A DNA stretch of 64,000 bases from an uncultured archaeon (GCA_964486045.1 CAZALK010000002.1:96001-160000); one strand, 5' to 3'. Counted from the stretch's first letter, positions 41,641 to 52,416 are shown. Notes: generated from the letters alone by a model not told the origin. A program made the numbers and translations.

Positions 41641-42981
41641 ATGTCAATAAAGGTTGGATTTCTACAATTATCATCTTGTTATGGCTGCCATCAAAGTTTA
41701 TTAAATGCAAATTTAGGGCTTCTTAATATTTTACCAGAATTAGATACTTCCTATTTTGATGAAGAAGCCTTCACAAATATTAAAGATGGTGAAATAATTT
41801 ATGGCTTTATTGAGGGTGTTGCTAGAACCAAACAAGAAACGGCTGATGCTAAACTTTTCAGAAAAAAATGTAAAACAATTATAGCTCTTGGTGCATGTGC
41901 ATGTTATGGAGGTATAAAAGGTTTAGCTAATCTTTATGATATAGAGGAATTAACTGAAAAAATAACCGAAGCTATAGATGTTCCATCTGAATTTGAAGAT
42001 TTTATAACAAACATCAAAGATATAATTGAGGTTGATATGTTTATCCCCGGATGTCCTCCAACAACAAATAATATTTTTGCTGCTCTCATATATTTAATTA
42101 CTGTAGCGAAGGATTTACCATCATCCGTAAATAAGGAGGAAACTGTATGTAATAGTTGCGAACTATTCAAGAATGGATGTTTTATCGATGAAGGTAAATT
42201 ATGTTTTGGTTCCATCACTGCTGCTGGTTGTACTTTAATGTGTCCAAATGATGGAGATATTTGTTTTGGATGTTTCAAAGATACAAATAAACCTGGAGAA
42301 AAAACAAAAATATTGAAAGATTTAATCTATAATCAACTATCGTTAACTCCTCATGATGCGGCAACTTTACAGCATTTTATTGATTTATATCTGGGTTTTT
42401 CAAATATTAATAACTTTTATAATCGCAAAGATTTACTCCAAAAATTAGCTTTTGAACCGGAGGCGTTTAATTTAAGAGTAATTGAAACTGGAGATCAGAA
42501 GATAAAGGTTTTAGATACAGACGCAACAGGTAATGAAGTGTTAGATGAGATTATTGGCGTAATATTATCTCTTTTAAGAGGAGATCCAAACTTTAAATTT
42601 AGTTCTAAATCAGTTTGTAGCCATTGTGCTAGAACCATCGTGGATAAGATCCCAACATCGCTGAAGCGTGATTATGAAGATTTGCCAAAAACAGACACAT
42701 GCTTCTTAGAGCAAGGATATATTTGCATGGGTTTAGTCACAAAAGCGGGTTGTGGTACATTATGTCCAAATAAAGCAAACGCACCATGTCTAGGTTGTTA
42801 TGGACCAACTATTGGAATAAAGGACCAGGGTGCCAAATATATAAGTACTCTTGGATCTCTTACGGTACAAGAAGATCCTGAAGATGTTGTAAATTTTATA
42901 AAAGATCCTGCGGGATTATTTAATCGATTTTCTTTGGCAAGTACAACTTTAGGTCGAAAATTTCATGATCTAAAAGAATAA
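41641..42981 (+). CDS. mvhG: MvhG/VhuG-like hydrogenase small subunit with a duplicated C-terminal Fe-S domain
   Basis: SSCYGC, IEG, ALGACACYGG and IPGCPP motifs; two VCxxC..CF..G..C.G..T.AGC..CP..C.GC blocks. Confidence 0.75.
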   Translation: MSIKVGFLQLSSCYGCHQSLLNANLGLLNILPELDTSYFDEEAFTNIKDGEIIYGFIEGVARTKQETADAKLFRKKCKTIIALGACACYGGIKGLANLYDIEELTEKITEAIDVPSEFEDFITNIKDIIEVDMFIPGCPPTTNNIFAALIYLITVAKDLPSSVNKEETVCNSCELFKNGCFIDEGKLCFGSITAAGCTLMCPNDGDICFGCFKDTNKPGEKTKILKDLIYNQLSLTPHDAATLQHFIDLYLGFSNINNFYNRKDLLQKLAFEPEAFNLRVIETGDQKIKVLDTDATGNEVLDEIIGVILSLLRGDPNFKFSSKSVCSHCARTIVDKIPTSLKRDYEDLPKTDTCFLEQGYICMGLVTKAGCGTLCPNKANAPCLGCYGPTIGIKDQGAKYISTLGSLTVQEDPEDVVNFIKDPAGLFNRFSLASTTLGRKFHDLKE

Positions 42982-43002
42982 AACCAAATTGAGGAAAGTT
43001 CA

Positions 43003-44217
43003 ATGAAAGAGAATAATAAAATCATTCAACATGGTAATACAAGACTTATAATTGACGGAGATTTAAAAATTCAAGAGGCAAAGGAAGATATTGCTTCGAT
43101 TAAAGTTTTTGAAAAATTTAGCGAAGGTCGTTATTGTGAACATATTCCGAGAATTACAACTAGAATTTGCGGGACATGTTCAGTTCCACATCATTTAACT
43201 GCAACAAAAGCTTTAGAAGATGCTTGGGATGTAATAATCCCTCCGGCAGCATTAAAATTACGTAAGTTATTAATGACGGTGCAACAATATGCATCCCATA
43301 CAATGCAATTTTACTCAACAGCGGCCCCAGATTTCTCGGGTTTAACCTATGGTAATCCTACGATTAAAGCTGGTGTTCAAATTTTAAATAAAATTCCAGA
43401 TATAGGAAATGTTGCGTTAAAAATGGCAGACTTTGGTCAAAATCTTGCAGGTAAAATAGGAGGTAAACCAGTCCATCCTATATCCTCAATTGTTGGTGGG
43501 ATGAAAAAACCATTGACAGAATTTGACAGGAATTTGTTCCTTAAACAGATAGATGATCAAATGGAGCTCGCTCAGCAAACTTTAGAAAAGGGTTTAAAAG
43601 CTATTGAAGATAATTGGAAAATTATTGAAAAAGTAGGAGTACTTCAAACCCATTATCTAGGAATGACCAAAAATGGTGTTCATGATATATATGAAGGAAA
43701 AATCCGCGTTGTATCTCCAGAAGGAGAAAAAACTGATTATAATAATGCAAAGTACAAAGATGTTTTAGAAAAAAATAAGCCAAATGGAGGTTACCGTTCA
43801 AATAGTTTAGCTATGATCAATGTAGTTGATAAGATGGGAACACCATTAGCAGAAGAAGCACTAACTAACTTTAGAGAAAAAACCGGAACAATCTCACACC
43901 ATTTATTTGGCCTACAATGGACACGTCTAATCGAAATACTTTGTGCTATTGAAACAGTTAAATCTTTACTTAAAGATCCAGACATTTGTAATCCGGATTG
44001 TAAAACTTTGGATATTGAACCTAAAGAAGATAGTGGGATTGGTATTACTGAAACTCCCAGAGGGTTACTCTTATACCATATTTGGTCTGATGAGAATGGA
44101 ATATGTAAGAAACTAAATATAATTAATGACTCAATCATAAATTTAGAAGATACTGAAAAATCATTAAAGTTTGTAGTGAATCAATTAGAAAAGGAAAATA
44201 TATTAAAAAAATTATAA
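43003..44217 (+). CDS. mvhA: MvhA/VhuA-like [NiFe]-hydrogenase large subunit lacking the C-terminal DPCxxC motif
   Basis: PRITTRICGTCSVPH, GGKPVHP and ETPRG present; the protein ends without the second CxxC. Confidence 0.75.
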   Translation: MKENNKIIQHGNTRLIIDGDLKIQEAKEDIASIKVFEKFSEGRYCEHIPRITTRICGTCSVPHHLTATKALEDAWDVIIPPAALKLRKLLMTVQQYASHTMQFYSTAAPDFSGLTYGNPTIKAGVQILNKIPDIGNVALKMADFGQNLAGKIGGKPVHPISSIVGGMKKPLTEFDRNLFLKQIDDQMELAQQTLEKGLKAIEDNWKIIEKVGVLQTHYLGMTKNGVHDIYEGKIRVVSPEGEKTDYNNAKYKDVLEKNKPNGGYRSNSLAMINVVDKMGTPLAEEALTNFREKTGTISHHLFGLQWTRLIEILCAIETVKSLLKDPDICNPDCKTLDIEPKEDSGIGITETPRGLLLYHIWSDENGICKKLNIINDSIINLEDTEKSLKFVVNQLEKENILKKL

Positions 44218-44243
44218 TTATTCTCAAAAAAAGGTAGGATGAT

Positions 44244-44738
44244 ATGATAAGTGATTTTGAATTTAAGAAAAAAATGATGGATATTAATATCAAGGATACT
44301 CTAAAATACTGCTATCAGTGTAATCGTTGTACTGATGAATGTCCAGTATCGAAGATTGAACCACAAAGATATAATCCTAGAAAAAATATATTAGCATCAT
44401 TTTTAGGATTAAAATCTCAGCTATTTGATGTTGAAGATAAGTTTGGGATTTGGGGATGCACTGTATGCGATACATGCGATGAGGTATGTCCGCAGAAGAT
44501 CGAGCTCACTGAAATTTTTTATGTCTTAAAAAATATGAGTATCAAGAAAGGGGAAGGTCCTAGTTATTATACTACACAAGCATCGTCAATATACGACTTT
44601 GGGAAGGCTATTCCTTCACAACCAGCTATTGTAAGAAGAAGAGAGCAATTAGGCTTACCTAAAATTGAACCCACTAATGTAGAAGAGGTTCAAAAAATTT
44701 TAAATGAAACAAAATTAAATAAAATTTTAAATAAATGA
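44244..44738 (+). CDS. hdrC: Heterodisulfide reductase subunit C
   Basis: CYQCNRCTDECP, WGCTVCDTCDEVCPQ and RREQLGLP motifs. Confidence 0.9.
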   Translation: MISDFEFKKKMMDINIKDTLKYCYQCNRCTDECPVSKIEPQRYNPRKNILASFLGLKSQLFDVEDKFGIWGCTVCDTCDEVCPQKIELTEIFYVLKNMSIKKGEGPSYYTTQASSIYDFGKAIPSQPAIVRRREQLGLPKIEPTNVEEVQKILNETKLNKILNK

Positions 44739-44761
44739 GGATTAAGGAAAGGGTGAATTAA

Positions 44762-45655
44762 ATGGCAAAAGTTGATGAATATAAGATGTTCCAGGGTTGT
44801 GTTATCGGTAACAGAATCCCATTTTTAGAAGCTTCAGCAAGGAAGGTTTTTGACAAACTTGGGATTAAAACTTCTGAGGCTCCTTTTGGTTGTTGCCCAG
44901 ATCCAGTTGGGTTTAATTCAACTGATCATTTAAGCTGGTTGACTATGGCTGCTCGGAACCTTACAATTGCAGAAGAAGAAGATAAAAATATTATTTCTGT
45001 GTGTAATGGGTGTTTTCAGACATTAAAGCTTGCTAATGAAGAATTAAAACACAATGACCACGAGCGAGAAAAAATTAATAAAATTTTAAAGAAAATTAAC
45101 AGAGAATTTAAAGGAAACATAGATGTGAAGCACTTCGTAGAAGTATTGTATGATATTGGGGAAGAAAGGATCAAAGAACACGTAACTACAGATTTATCAA
45201 ATTTAAAAGTCGCGTGTCATACTGGGTGTCACTATTCTCGACCTTCATCCATTATTCAAACTGATGATCCAATGAAACCACTCAAACTGAGATACTTGGT
45301 AAACGCTGCAGGAGCTACATCAGTCGATTACTCAGATGAAATTATTTGTTGTGGTGCTGGAGTTGAGCACGCTGAAGAAGGACCTGCAATGCAAATTTTA
45401 GCAAATAAATTTAAAAGTGCATCCGAAGCTGGAGCTGAAGCGATTATAGTAAACTGTCCTGCTTGTTTCCAACAATTTGATACAAATGTAAGAAAGGTTG
45501 AAAGTTTCAGTGGAAAAAAATATTCAATACCTGTTTTGTATATTACTGAATTGTTAGCTTTAGCATTTGGTTTTAATCCTGTTGACTTAGGTGTGAAATT
45601 CCACCGAGTTAGATTAAAAGGTTTATTAGAAAAATATAAACTTAATCAAGATTAA
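44762..45655 (+). CDS. hdrB: Heterodisulfide reductase subunit B (copy 1)
   Basis: Two CCG domains: GC..CCP..CNGC and HTGCH..CCGAG..CPAC. Confidence 0.9.
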   Translation: MAKVDEYKMFQGCVIGNRIPFLEASARKVFDKLGIKTSEAPFGCCPDPVGFNSTDHLSWLTMAARNLTIAEEEDKNIISVCNGCFQTLKLANEELKHNDHEREKINKILKKINREFKGNIDVKHFVEVLYDIGEERIKEHVTTDLSNLKVACHTGCHYSRPSSIIQTDDPMKPLKLRYLVNAAGATSVDYSDEIICCGAGVEHAEEGPAMQILANKFKSASEAGAEAIIVNCPACFQQFDTNVRKVESFSGKKYSIPVLYITELLALAFGFNPVDLGVKFHRVRLKGLLEKYKLNQD

Positions 45656-45728
45656 GCCAATTAAGTTTATTTTTTTAATATTAACCAATTTAAGTTTTTA
45701 ATAAGGTTAACTCCTGTTATTTTGTTTG

Positions 45729-46415
45729 TTAATCATTAGGGAGATGGACTTTTCGCATCAGTGATAAATTACTTTTTAATGTAAGCTCAGCTCGTTGAAA
45801 AACCGCATTCTTTCCCTCTTCCCAAATGTTTTTTTCAATAAAATCTGGTGCTGATCCTGTTATATTACGAGTTTCTTCCCAATGAGCTACCGATTTATAG
45901 CCAAAGAATAATTTAATTTCATGTAAATGTTCAAAAGAAAGAGAAGAAAAAAGACCAAAGGCACTACAACCCCACGCTTCATAGAGAGGCCAAACTTTTT
46001 TATATGATAAATTAGCATATAATTCAATATCCTTCCTTTGGATAAAAAAAACTCTATTAGAATAAATAGGACGAATATCTTCAATGGGAAAAGGATCTTT
46101 AGGGTATGAGGTTATTGCTTTAAAGAATTTTATTTGTTCATCTTCGATTAGATTATCTTTTTTTCTAATTGTTTGAGTTTGAATTTTGTCATATATATTA
46201 AGATCGGGATATCGAGTAATTTGTAAATAAACATTTGTTGGAATACCAATAAAACCTTGGAGTAAACATATGACTTTAGCACCCGCTTTTTCTAATTCTG
46301 GAAAGTAGTCACTTTTACATGATGAAACATATTCTTTTAATGAATTAAAATCTACTTGAGAAGTTTGATGAATAGTTGTTATTCTTTGTTCAAAAATTGA
46401 ATTATTAATTCCCAT
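45729..46415 (-). CDS. NIPSNAP-like (double dimeric alpha-beta barrel) protein
   Basis: Two related halves with P..E..G..G.F and Y.S.A.WE patterns. Confidence 0.55.
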   Translation of the reverse strand: MGINNSIFEQRITTIHQTSQVDFNSLKEYVSSCKSDYFPELEKAGAKVICLLQGFIGIPTNVYLQITRYPDLNIYDKIQTQTIRKKDNLIEDEQIKFFKAITSYPKDPFPIEDIRPIYSNRVFFIQRKDIELYANLSYKKVWPLYEAWGCSAFGLFSSLSFEHLHEIKLFFGYKSVAHWEETRNITGSAPDFIEKNIWEEGKNAVFQRAELTLKSNLSLMRKVHLPND

Positions 46416-46518
46416 ATTTGTGACACCTTTAGTTTATAGTAATTATAATTAATAATTATTATTTTTAATAAAAGCATAATAATTACTAGATTAAAAATAA
46501 AACTGAGTTTTTTAGATT

Positions 46519-47130
46519 ATGATGAATAAAGCTGGAATAATTCTTTTGATCATTGGGGGAATCTTGATGATTATAAGTTCCGCTGTTGGTAGTATTGGGA
46601 TATATGAATTTCTTTACGATTTAGTTTCTACCGAAATCCCTCCAAATTTAATTCCATTACTTAATCTTTTAATTACTATTTTAAGGTTCATTGCAGATAT
46701 GGGTGGTGGAGCTATAATAGTCGGGGCTTTCATGATAATGGCAAAATTGTTGAGATTTGGAAAATGGCTTATTGGTATTGGATTAACATTTGGCTCACTA
46801 GCATTAATTATATGGTTGGTTTCACAAATCTCAAATATAATTATTACAGATCCACAGATTTTGGGTTATTTGACAAACTTAGAAGGATTTTTTACCTATA
46901 ATACTGGGTTTCAATTTATCGGGGTTGTAATTACAATAATCGGTAGGAATACAATTAAAAAGCCTAAGGAGGCAGAAGAAGAGAAAGTGGAACTTTCCGA
47001 AATTACTGAAAAAAGTGAATCTATTGCCCAAACAACTTCTGAAAACATTCATTGTCCTAATTGTGGTTCCCAATTACTCTTAAATGCCAATTATTGCAAT
47101 GAATGCGGGAGTAGTTTTGATGATAAGTAA
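46519..47130 (+). CDS. Membrane protein with a C-terminal zinc ribbon
   Basis: About four TM segments; CPNCG..YCNECG; paralog of 48106-48534. Confidence 0.75.
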   Translation: MMNKAGIILLIIGGILMIISSAVGSIGIYEFLYDLVSTEIPPNLIPLLNLLITILRFIADMGGGAIIVGAFMIMAKLLRFGKWLIGIGLTFGSLALIIWLVSQISNIIITDPQILGYLTNLEGFFTYNTGFQFIGVVITIIGRNTIKKPKEAEEEKVELSEITEKSESIAQTTSENIHCPNCGSQLLLNANYCNECGSSFDDK

Positions 47131-47223
47131 TGGTCTATTCTTTGCACTGAGCGAATTTATTTAATATTAACTATCATATATTTAATTAATCAATTTTTAG
47201 AAATGTAAGTTTAACTTTAACTA

Positions 47224-48051
47224 TTGGTTAGAATCTTGTTCAAACGAAAGGTAAACATAACTCGAATTAAAAAAAATGGGAAAGAGGATTTTCAAGATAC
47301 AGTACTTATAGAAAGTCCTGTAGATATTTTTATTAATTCTGAACCCATAGCTAATATTATTTGTTTACGTAAGGATCTTAAAGAGTTAGCATTTGGCTTC
47401 TTATTTTCGATTGGTATCATAAATTCTGCTGATGATGTAAAAGAAATAATAATTTCAGAATTAGATAACACTATTTTTATTACATTACAAAATTCAGTTA
47501 ACTTCAATGTTGATGATTTTAATATGAATCCTGTAAGTAGAGTTGTTGACACGACTTGTGGGATAACTTCACCATGGAGAGATGTAATTGAGAAAAGTTT
47601 AGATAATGGAAATACAAAAAAGTTGCTAAAATCTAAAGATTCCATAGTAATTAATTCAAAAACTATTTTTTCTGCTATCAAGAAAATGCAAATCTCAACT
47701 CCACTTTATCGAGAAACGGGGGGTTGTCACGGAGCAGCAATTTTTGATTTGGTTGGAAATTTGTTAAGTGTAAAGGAAGATGTTGGACGACATAATGCTA
47801 TTGATAAAGCAATTGGGGAATTATTGATAAAGAAACATAGTTTTAAAAATGTATTTCTCACCTCCACTGGGAGATTAACTGCGGATTCAGTCTTGAAAGC
47901 GATAAGAGCTAAAATCCCCATACTTGCATCATTTTCTGCAGCTGTAGAATCTGGAATTAGGTTAGCTTTTGCTTATGGTATTACTTTAATAGGATTTGCT
48001 CGAGGAAGTAGAATGAATATTTATACTCATCCAGAAAGAGTAAATGTTTAA
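47224..48051 (+). CDS. fdhD: FdhD sulfur-carrier/accessory protein for molybdopterin enzymes
   Basis: TGGCHGAA, EDVGRHNAIDKAIG, STGR and GFARG motifs. Confidence 0.9.
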   Translation: MVRILFKRKVNITRIKKNGKEDFQDTVLIESPVDIFINSEPIANIICLRKDLKELAFGFLFSIGIINSADDVKEIIISELDNTIFITLQNSVNFNVDDFNMNPVSRVVDTTCGITSPWRDVIEKSLDNGNTKKLLKSKDSIVINSKTIFSAIKKMQISTPLYRETGGCHGAAIFDLVGNLLSVKEDVGRHNAIDKAIGELLIKKHSFKNVFLTSTGRLTADSVLKAIRAKIPILASFSAAVESGIRLAFAYGITLIGFARGSRMNIYTHPERVNV

Positions 48052-48105
48052 AAATAAAATCTTTTTTATAGATAATAATTACAAGTAAAATAAAGGTCAA
48101 TAAAT

Positions 48106-48534
48106 ATGGAACATAAGAAATGGGTAATTCTATGCATAATGGGTGGTATTTTGATGGTGCTTAGCTCCCTTGTTGGAAGAGTTGGGGTTATAGGTACCAT
48201 AATATCTTTACTTTCTGGAGTTGTAACACCTGAGATCCAACAAGTTTTAGTAACTATTTTATCTGTGTTTAGCTATATTGCAGCAGCAGGAGGTTTAGCT
48301 GTAATAATCGGTGCTTTAATTGCAGGTTTTAGCTCGGTTCGACTTGGTAGATTTATAGTAGGTTTAGGGATAGGGACAAGTTTAGTTAGTATAATTATTC
48401 TAGTCATTACTAGTATAATTGGCGGTTCAACAATTATCGACATTCCTATAATATTATTTACAGCTTTTAATAACGCCTATGGGCTTGCAGGTGTAGTATT
48501 TTCAATTATTGGTGGAAGGAAACTAAAAGATTAA
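48106..48534 (+). CDS. Four-TM membrane protein
   Basis: GGILM..SS.VG and A..GG.A.I.GA shared with 46519-47130. Confidence 0.75.
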   Translation: MEHKKWVILCIMGGILMVLSSLVGRVGVIGTIISLLSGVVTPEIQQVLVTILSVFSYIAAAGGLAVIIGALIAGFSSVRLGRFIVGLGIGTSLVSIIILVITSIIGGSTIIDIPIILFTAFNNAYGLAGVVFSIIGGRKLKD

Positions 48535-48679
48535 AGAATAAGTCTATTTTCACTACTATTTATTTCTTTTATTGATAATAATCTTGCTACTTAACATTAG
48601 TAGAGAGAAGATTTTTAAGAAATTTAATATTTTTCAATACAAACTTAAGTTAAAATTTTATAAATAGGGATGATAAAAT

Positions 48680-49564
48680 TTGGCAAAGGCAGATGAATAC
48701 AAACTGTTTCAAGGATGTGTAATTGGAAATAGATTACCATTTATCGAAGCATCCGCAAGAAAAGTGTTTGACAAACTTGGGATTAATACCTCCGATGCAG
48801 CTTTCGCTTGCTGCCCAGACCCAGTGGGATTCAACGGTACTGACCACGAATCATGGCTTGCTATGGGAGCTAGAAACCTAACTCTCGCAGAGGAAGAAAG
48901 CAAAGATGTAATTTCATTGTGTAATGGTTGTTTTCAGACTCTTAAATTAGTAAACCAAGAATTAAAACATAACGATCATGAAAAAGAAAAAGTAAATACT
49001 ATATTAAAATCAGTTGGAAGAGAATTCAAAGGGACTATAGAAGTAAAGCATTTTGTAGAGGTATTGCATGAATATTTAGACAAGATAAAAGAGAATTCAG
49101 TGAAAGACTTATCTAGCCTAAAAGTTGCATGCCATCCAGGATGTCATTATAATCGACCTTCAGAAAAAATACAAACAGAAGACCCAATGAAACCAGTCAA
49201 GTTAAGAGAAATTGTCGCCGCCACAGGAGCAATTCCTGTAGATTATGAAGAGGAGGCACTTTGTTGCGGCACTGGTACTGGAAATACTGAAGAAGAACCT
49301 GCAATGCAAATCCTATCAAATAAAATGACTAGTCTGATCAAGGCAGGTGCTGAAATTGTAATCCTTAATTGCCCTGCTTGTTACCAACAATTTGATAATA
49401 ACCAGAAAAAGGCAGCAAAAATAGATAACAAAACTTTTGGATTACCAGTTTTATACATAACAGAATTATTAGCTCTTGCTTTTGGAGAAAACCCTGATGA
49501 GTTGGGATTAAAATTCCATAGAATAAGAGTAAAAGCATTTCTCGATAAATACGGATTTAAATAA
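48680..49564 (+). CDS. hdrB: Heterodisulfide reductase subunit B (copy 2, stand-alone)
   Basis: Close paralog of 44762-45655; TTG start. Confidence 0.9.
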   Translation: MAKADEYKLFQGCVIGNRLPFIEASARKVFDKLGINTSDAAFACCPDPVGFNGTDHESWLAMGARNLTLAEEESKDVISLCNGCFQTLKLVNQELKHNDHEKEKVNTILKSVGREFKGTIEVKHFVEVLHEYLDKIKENSVKDLSSLKVACHPGCHYNRPSEKIQTEDPMKPVKLREIVAATGAIPVDYEEEALCCGTGTGNTEEEPAMQILSNKMTSLIKAGAEIVILNCPACYQQFDNNQKKAAKIDNKTFGLPVLYITELLALAFGENPDELGLKFHRIRVKAFLDKYGFK

Positions 49565-49589
49565 TCCTCTCTTTTTATTTTAGAATCAT

Positions 49590-50756
49590 TTAAGTAATAA
49601 TTAGTTTTTCGATCTCTGATATAAGATCCCTAGGCATTTTTTTTAGTACGCCTTGAGCAGATTTAGGATTTCCCCCACCTTTACCATTATATTTTTTGAT
49701 AAGTGTCTGTAATAGTTCATTTGCATCAATCTTCTCATTCATTGAGAGCAGTCTTATTTTGTTATTGCCTATTTCTACGATGATTAGGGAATTTTGAGGA
49801 AATAAACTTAACATTTTATTGATAATCTTAATATCAGCATTAAAATCGATATAAAATAGCGGAATGTTGTAAACTATTTTAGAAGGTGATTTTGAAATCG
49901 ATTCTAACAATTTTATTAATAAATCTTTTTGTAGAACTTGAATATTTTCAAGAAGATCTAAACGCTTTTTAACGTTTTTCCCTAATTTAGCTATTGGGGT
50001 GTTTATATCGTTGGCAAGTGATATCAAATCTATATTAATATTTGAATTGAGCAGAAGAGCTTTGCTTCCTATATAATATCTAATCTCATTTCCTTTTTTA
50101 AAATCATAAATAAATAAGCACCCAATTTCAGTTGTGTTTTGAACATGTGTTCCCCCGCAACACACTAAATCTAAATTCTGAATTTCTATAAGGCGGACTT
50201 GAGATTCGTCTGGAATTTTACTTCTAATTTCCTTAGCTTCTTCTTCAGCTTGTTTATGTGGAATAATTTTTGAATTTATTTTAAAGTTCTTTAAAGTGGA
50301 AATAGTATTAATCTCATGTATGATCTCTTTTAGCTGGTCAAATTCTAATTTTTGCGATATTTGTATAAAAACTTCTTCAAAATTAATGTTAGCACGGATT
50401 GTATCAATATCATAATTATTTTTTAATATTGCTGAAAGTATATGTTGAGAAGAATGCGATTTCATCAAGCCATAGCGATTCTGCCAATTAATTTCTCCTT
50501 CAATTTTATCTCCTATGTTTAGCTTTTTATGAAAATCAGCAGATGTGTGATGTATAATATCATTTTCTTCTTTACTTACCTTCTTAATTTCAATTTTAAA
50601 GTCTTTTGAAATTAAAAACCCTTTATCACTCAATTGGTTACCACTTTCAGGATAAAATAATGTCTTATCAAGCACAATTCCAGCTTTTTTAATCACTTCA
50701 ATTTTTGCTGTAAATTTGGTTTCATAAGGAGTTTGCCAGTATAATTTTTGAGTCAT
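49590..50756 (-). CDS. alaX: AlaX-type alanyl-tRNA editing protein with a DHHA1 domain
   Basis: LDKTLFYPESG, HSSQH, CGGTH and GKGGG motifs. Confidence 0.85.
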   Translation of the reverse strand: MTQKLYWQTPYETKFTAKIEVIKKAGIVLDKTLFYPESGNQLSDKGFLISKDFKIEIKKVSKEENDIIHHTSADFHKKLNIGDKIEGEINWQNRYGLMKSHSSQHILSAILKNNYDIDTIRANINFEEVFIQISQKLEFDQLKEIIHEINTISTLKNFKINSKIIPHKQAEEEAKEIRSKIPDESQVRLIEIQNLDLVCCGGTHVQNTTEIGCLFIYDFKKGNEIRYYIGSKALLLNSNINIDLISLANDINTPIAKLGKNVKKRLDLLENIQVLQKDLLIKLLESISKSPSKIVYNIPLFYIDFNADIKIINKMLSLFPQNSLIIVEIGNNKIRLLSMNEKIDANELLQTLIKKYNGKGGGNPKSAQGVLKKMPRDLISEIEKLIIT

Positions 50757-50860
50757 TAGCTAATTTCACTTGAAAAGATTAATATGAGATTATATCACTT
50801 AATATTCTAACATATTTCAAATTATAATATATACAAAACGTTATTGTGAGTTGATTTAAG

Positions 50861-51760
50861 ATGGTTGAATTTGTAAGAACTCCAGAGGAACGGTTTGAGA
50901 ATATCCCTAACTTTCCCTATAAACCTCACTATGTCGAAGATCTTAAAGGTTATGAAGAACTAAGACTGTGTTATTATGACGAAGGGCCAAAAGACTCTAA
51001 AGAGGTTTTTTTTTGTCTTCATGGAGAGCCAACGTGGAGTTATTTATACCGTAGAATGATCCCTATTTTTTTAGAAGCGGGATATCGCATTGTCGCCCTA
51101 GATTACTTTGGGTTCGGAAGATCTGATAAACCCATAGAAGATAAGGTTTATACTTTTGATTTCCATAGGAATTCACTTATAGAATTCATAAAAATGCTAG
51201 ATTTAGACAACATTGCACTTTTATGCCAGGATTGGGGTGGCTTGTTTGGGCTTACGTTACCAATGGAATTCCCTAATAATTTTAAGCATTTAATAATAAT
51301 GAATACGATTCTAGGAACTGGTGATTTTGAAATTTCCCAGGGATTCAAAGGATTTCGACAATTTATGAGCGGGACTCAGGATCTGGACGTAGGCCGTTTA
51401 ATTAATAGTGTTACCCAACATTTAACTCCTGAAGAAGTTAGTGCATATGATGCTCCCTTTCTTGATGTCAAATATAAAGCTGGAATTAGGAGATTTCCCC
51501 AGATTGTTCCAACAGATTACGATGCTCCTGGAGCTGAGATTTCGAGAAAAGCTCGAGATTGGTTCCAAAAAGATTGGACTGGTGAATCTTTTATGGCTGT
51601 AGGGATGGCAGATCCCGTAATGGGACTACCTATGATGGAAATATTAAGAGGAATGATTCCTAGATGTCCAGAACCATTGAAGATCGAAGAGGCGAGCCAT
51701 TTTGTTCAAGAATGGGGTGAAATTGTAGCTAAAGAAGCACTAAAAGCTTTTAATCTTTAG
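50861..51760 (+). CDS. Haloalkane dehalogenase family alpha/beta hydrolase
   Basis: LHGEPTWSYLYR, GFGRSDKP, QDWGG and HFVQE motifs. Confidence 0.9.
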   Translation: MVEFVRTPEERFENIPNFPYKPHYVEDLKGYEELRLCYYDEGPKDSKEVFFCLHGEPTWSYLYRRMIPIFLEAGYRIVALDYFGFGRSDKPIEDKVYTFDFHRNSLIEFIKMLDLDNIALLCQDWGGLFGLTLPMEFPNNFKHLIIMNTILGTGDFEISQGFKGFRQFMSGTQDLDVGRLINSVTQHLTPEEVSAYDAPFLDVKYKAGIRRFPQIVPTDYDAPGAEISRKARDWFQKDWTGESFMAVGMADPVMGLPMMEILRGMIPRCPEPLKIEEASHFVQEWGEIVAKEALKAFNL

Positions 51761-51792
51761 TCGAATTAGTTTTTTTGAACTTCCTGACTCAA

Positions 51793-52416
51793 TTAAGTTT
51801 CTCCGTACCATTTATTTATCAAGCTATTTTTTTTTATATATCTTAAAGCGTAAATAGCCACAATTAAAGTAATTAAGGATTCAATATTCCAAATGAGTTC
51901 ATAAATGGTTAAGTTATAGTTTCCCCATTGCCATAGAGAATACAAAAGGAATTCAGGTGATTGAAGTATTACCCATGGAAAAAATAATTCTATATATTGG
52001 TGTGAAGGAAGATCTAGTAAAAGATGTGTAAGTCCACCAATAAAGGCTGAATAAATAGCGACAGTTAGAGATTTAAGACCATATTTCTTATTTTTTAATT
52101 TATCCCAAGAGTCTAAACCTAGGTAATTCATTGGTTTTGATAATCTTCTTCCTTTATTTGCAATTCGAGATATATAAGGAAAAATTACCTTCCGGAATAA
52201 AACCGTTAGTAAGAGTGTTAAAGGTATAGTATAATAAAATAATCCTAAAATGCTATGAGAAATTCCTCTTAGTGTAAATGGTAAAAAAAAATCAATTAAC
52301 GATGTTAGATCAGGAGTAAATGTGCTTATACAAAGAGCTGTACCATCAAATTTATCTGGATACTTTATTTTTAATGCTAATCCAGGAGCTTGGTGAGAAA
52401 ATATTGCGCTTGGCAT
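51793..52416 (-). CDS. DUF4184-family membrane protein
   Basis: SH..PD..SHS..THLLLD pattern. Confidence 0.65.
   Translation of the reverse strand: MPSAIFSHQAPGLALKIKYPDKFDGTALCISTFTPDLTSLIDFFLPFTLRGISHSILGLFYYTIPLTLLLTVLFRKVIFPYISRIANKGRRLSKPMNYLGLDSWDKLKNKKYGLKSLTVAIYSAFIGGLTHLLLDLPSHQYIELFFPWVILQSPEFLLYSLWQWGNYNLTIYELIWNIESLITLIVAIYALRYIKKNSLINKWYGET

Noticed and set aside
1-45655. Selenocysteine (in-frame TGA) in mvhD, fwdB, mvhA or hdr genes
   Set aside because: The visible positions carry Cys codons (CHPGDCHY, SVCHG), and no in-frame TGA or convincing SECIS was seen. The mvhD 5' part lies outside the window.
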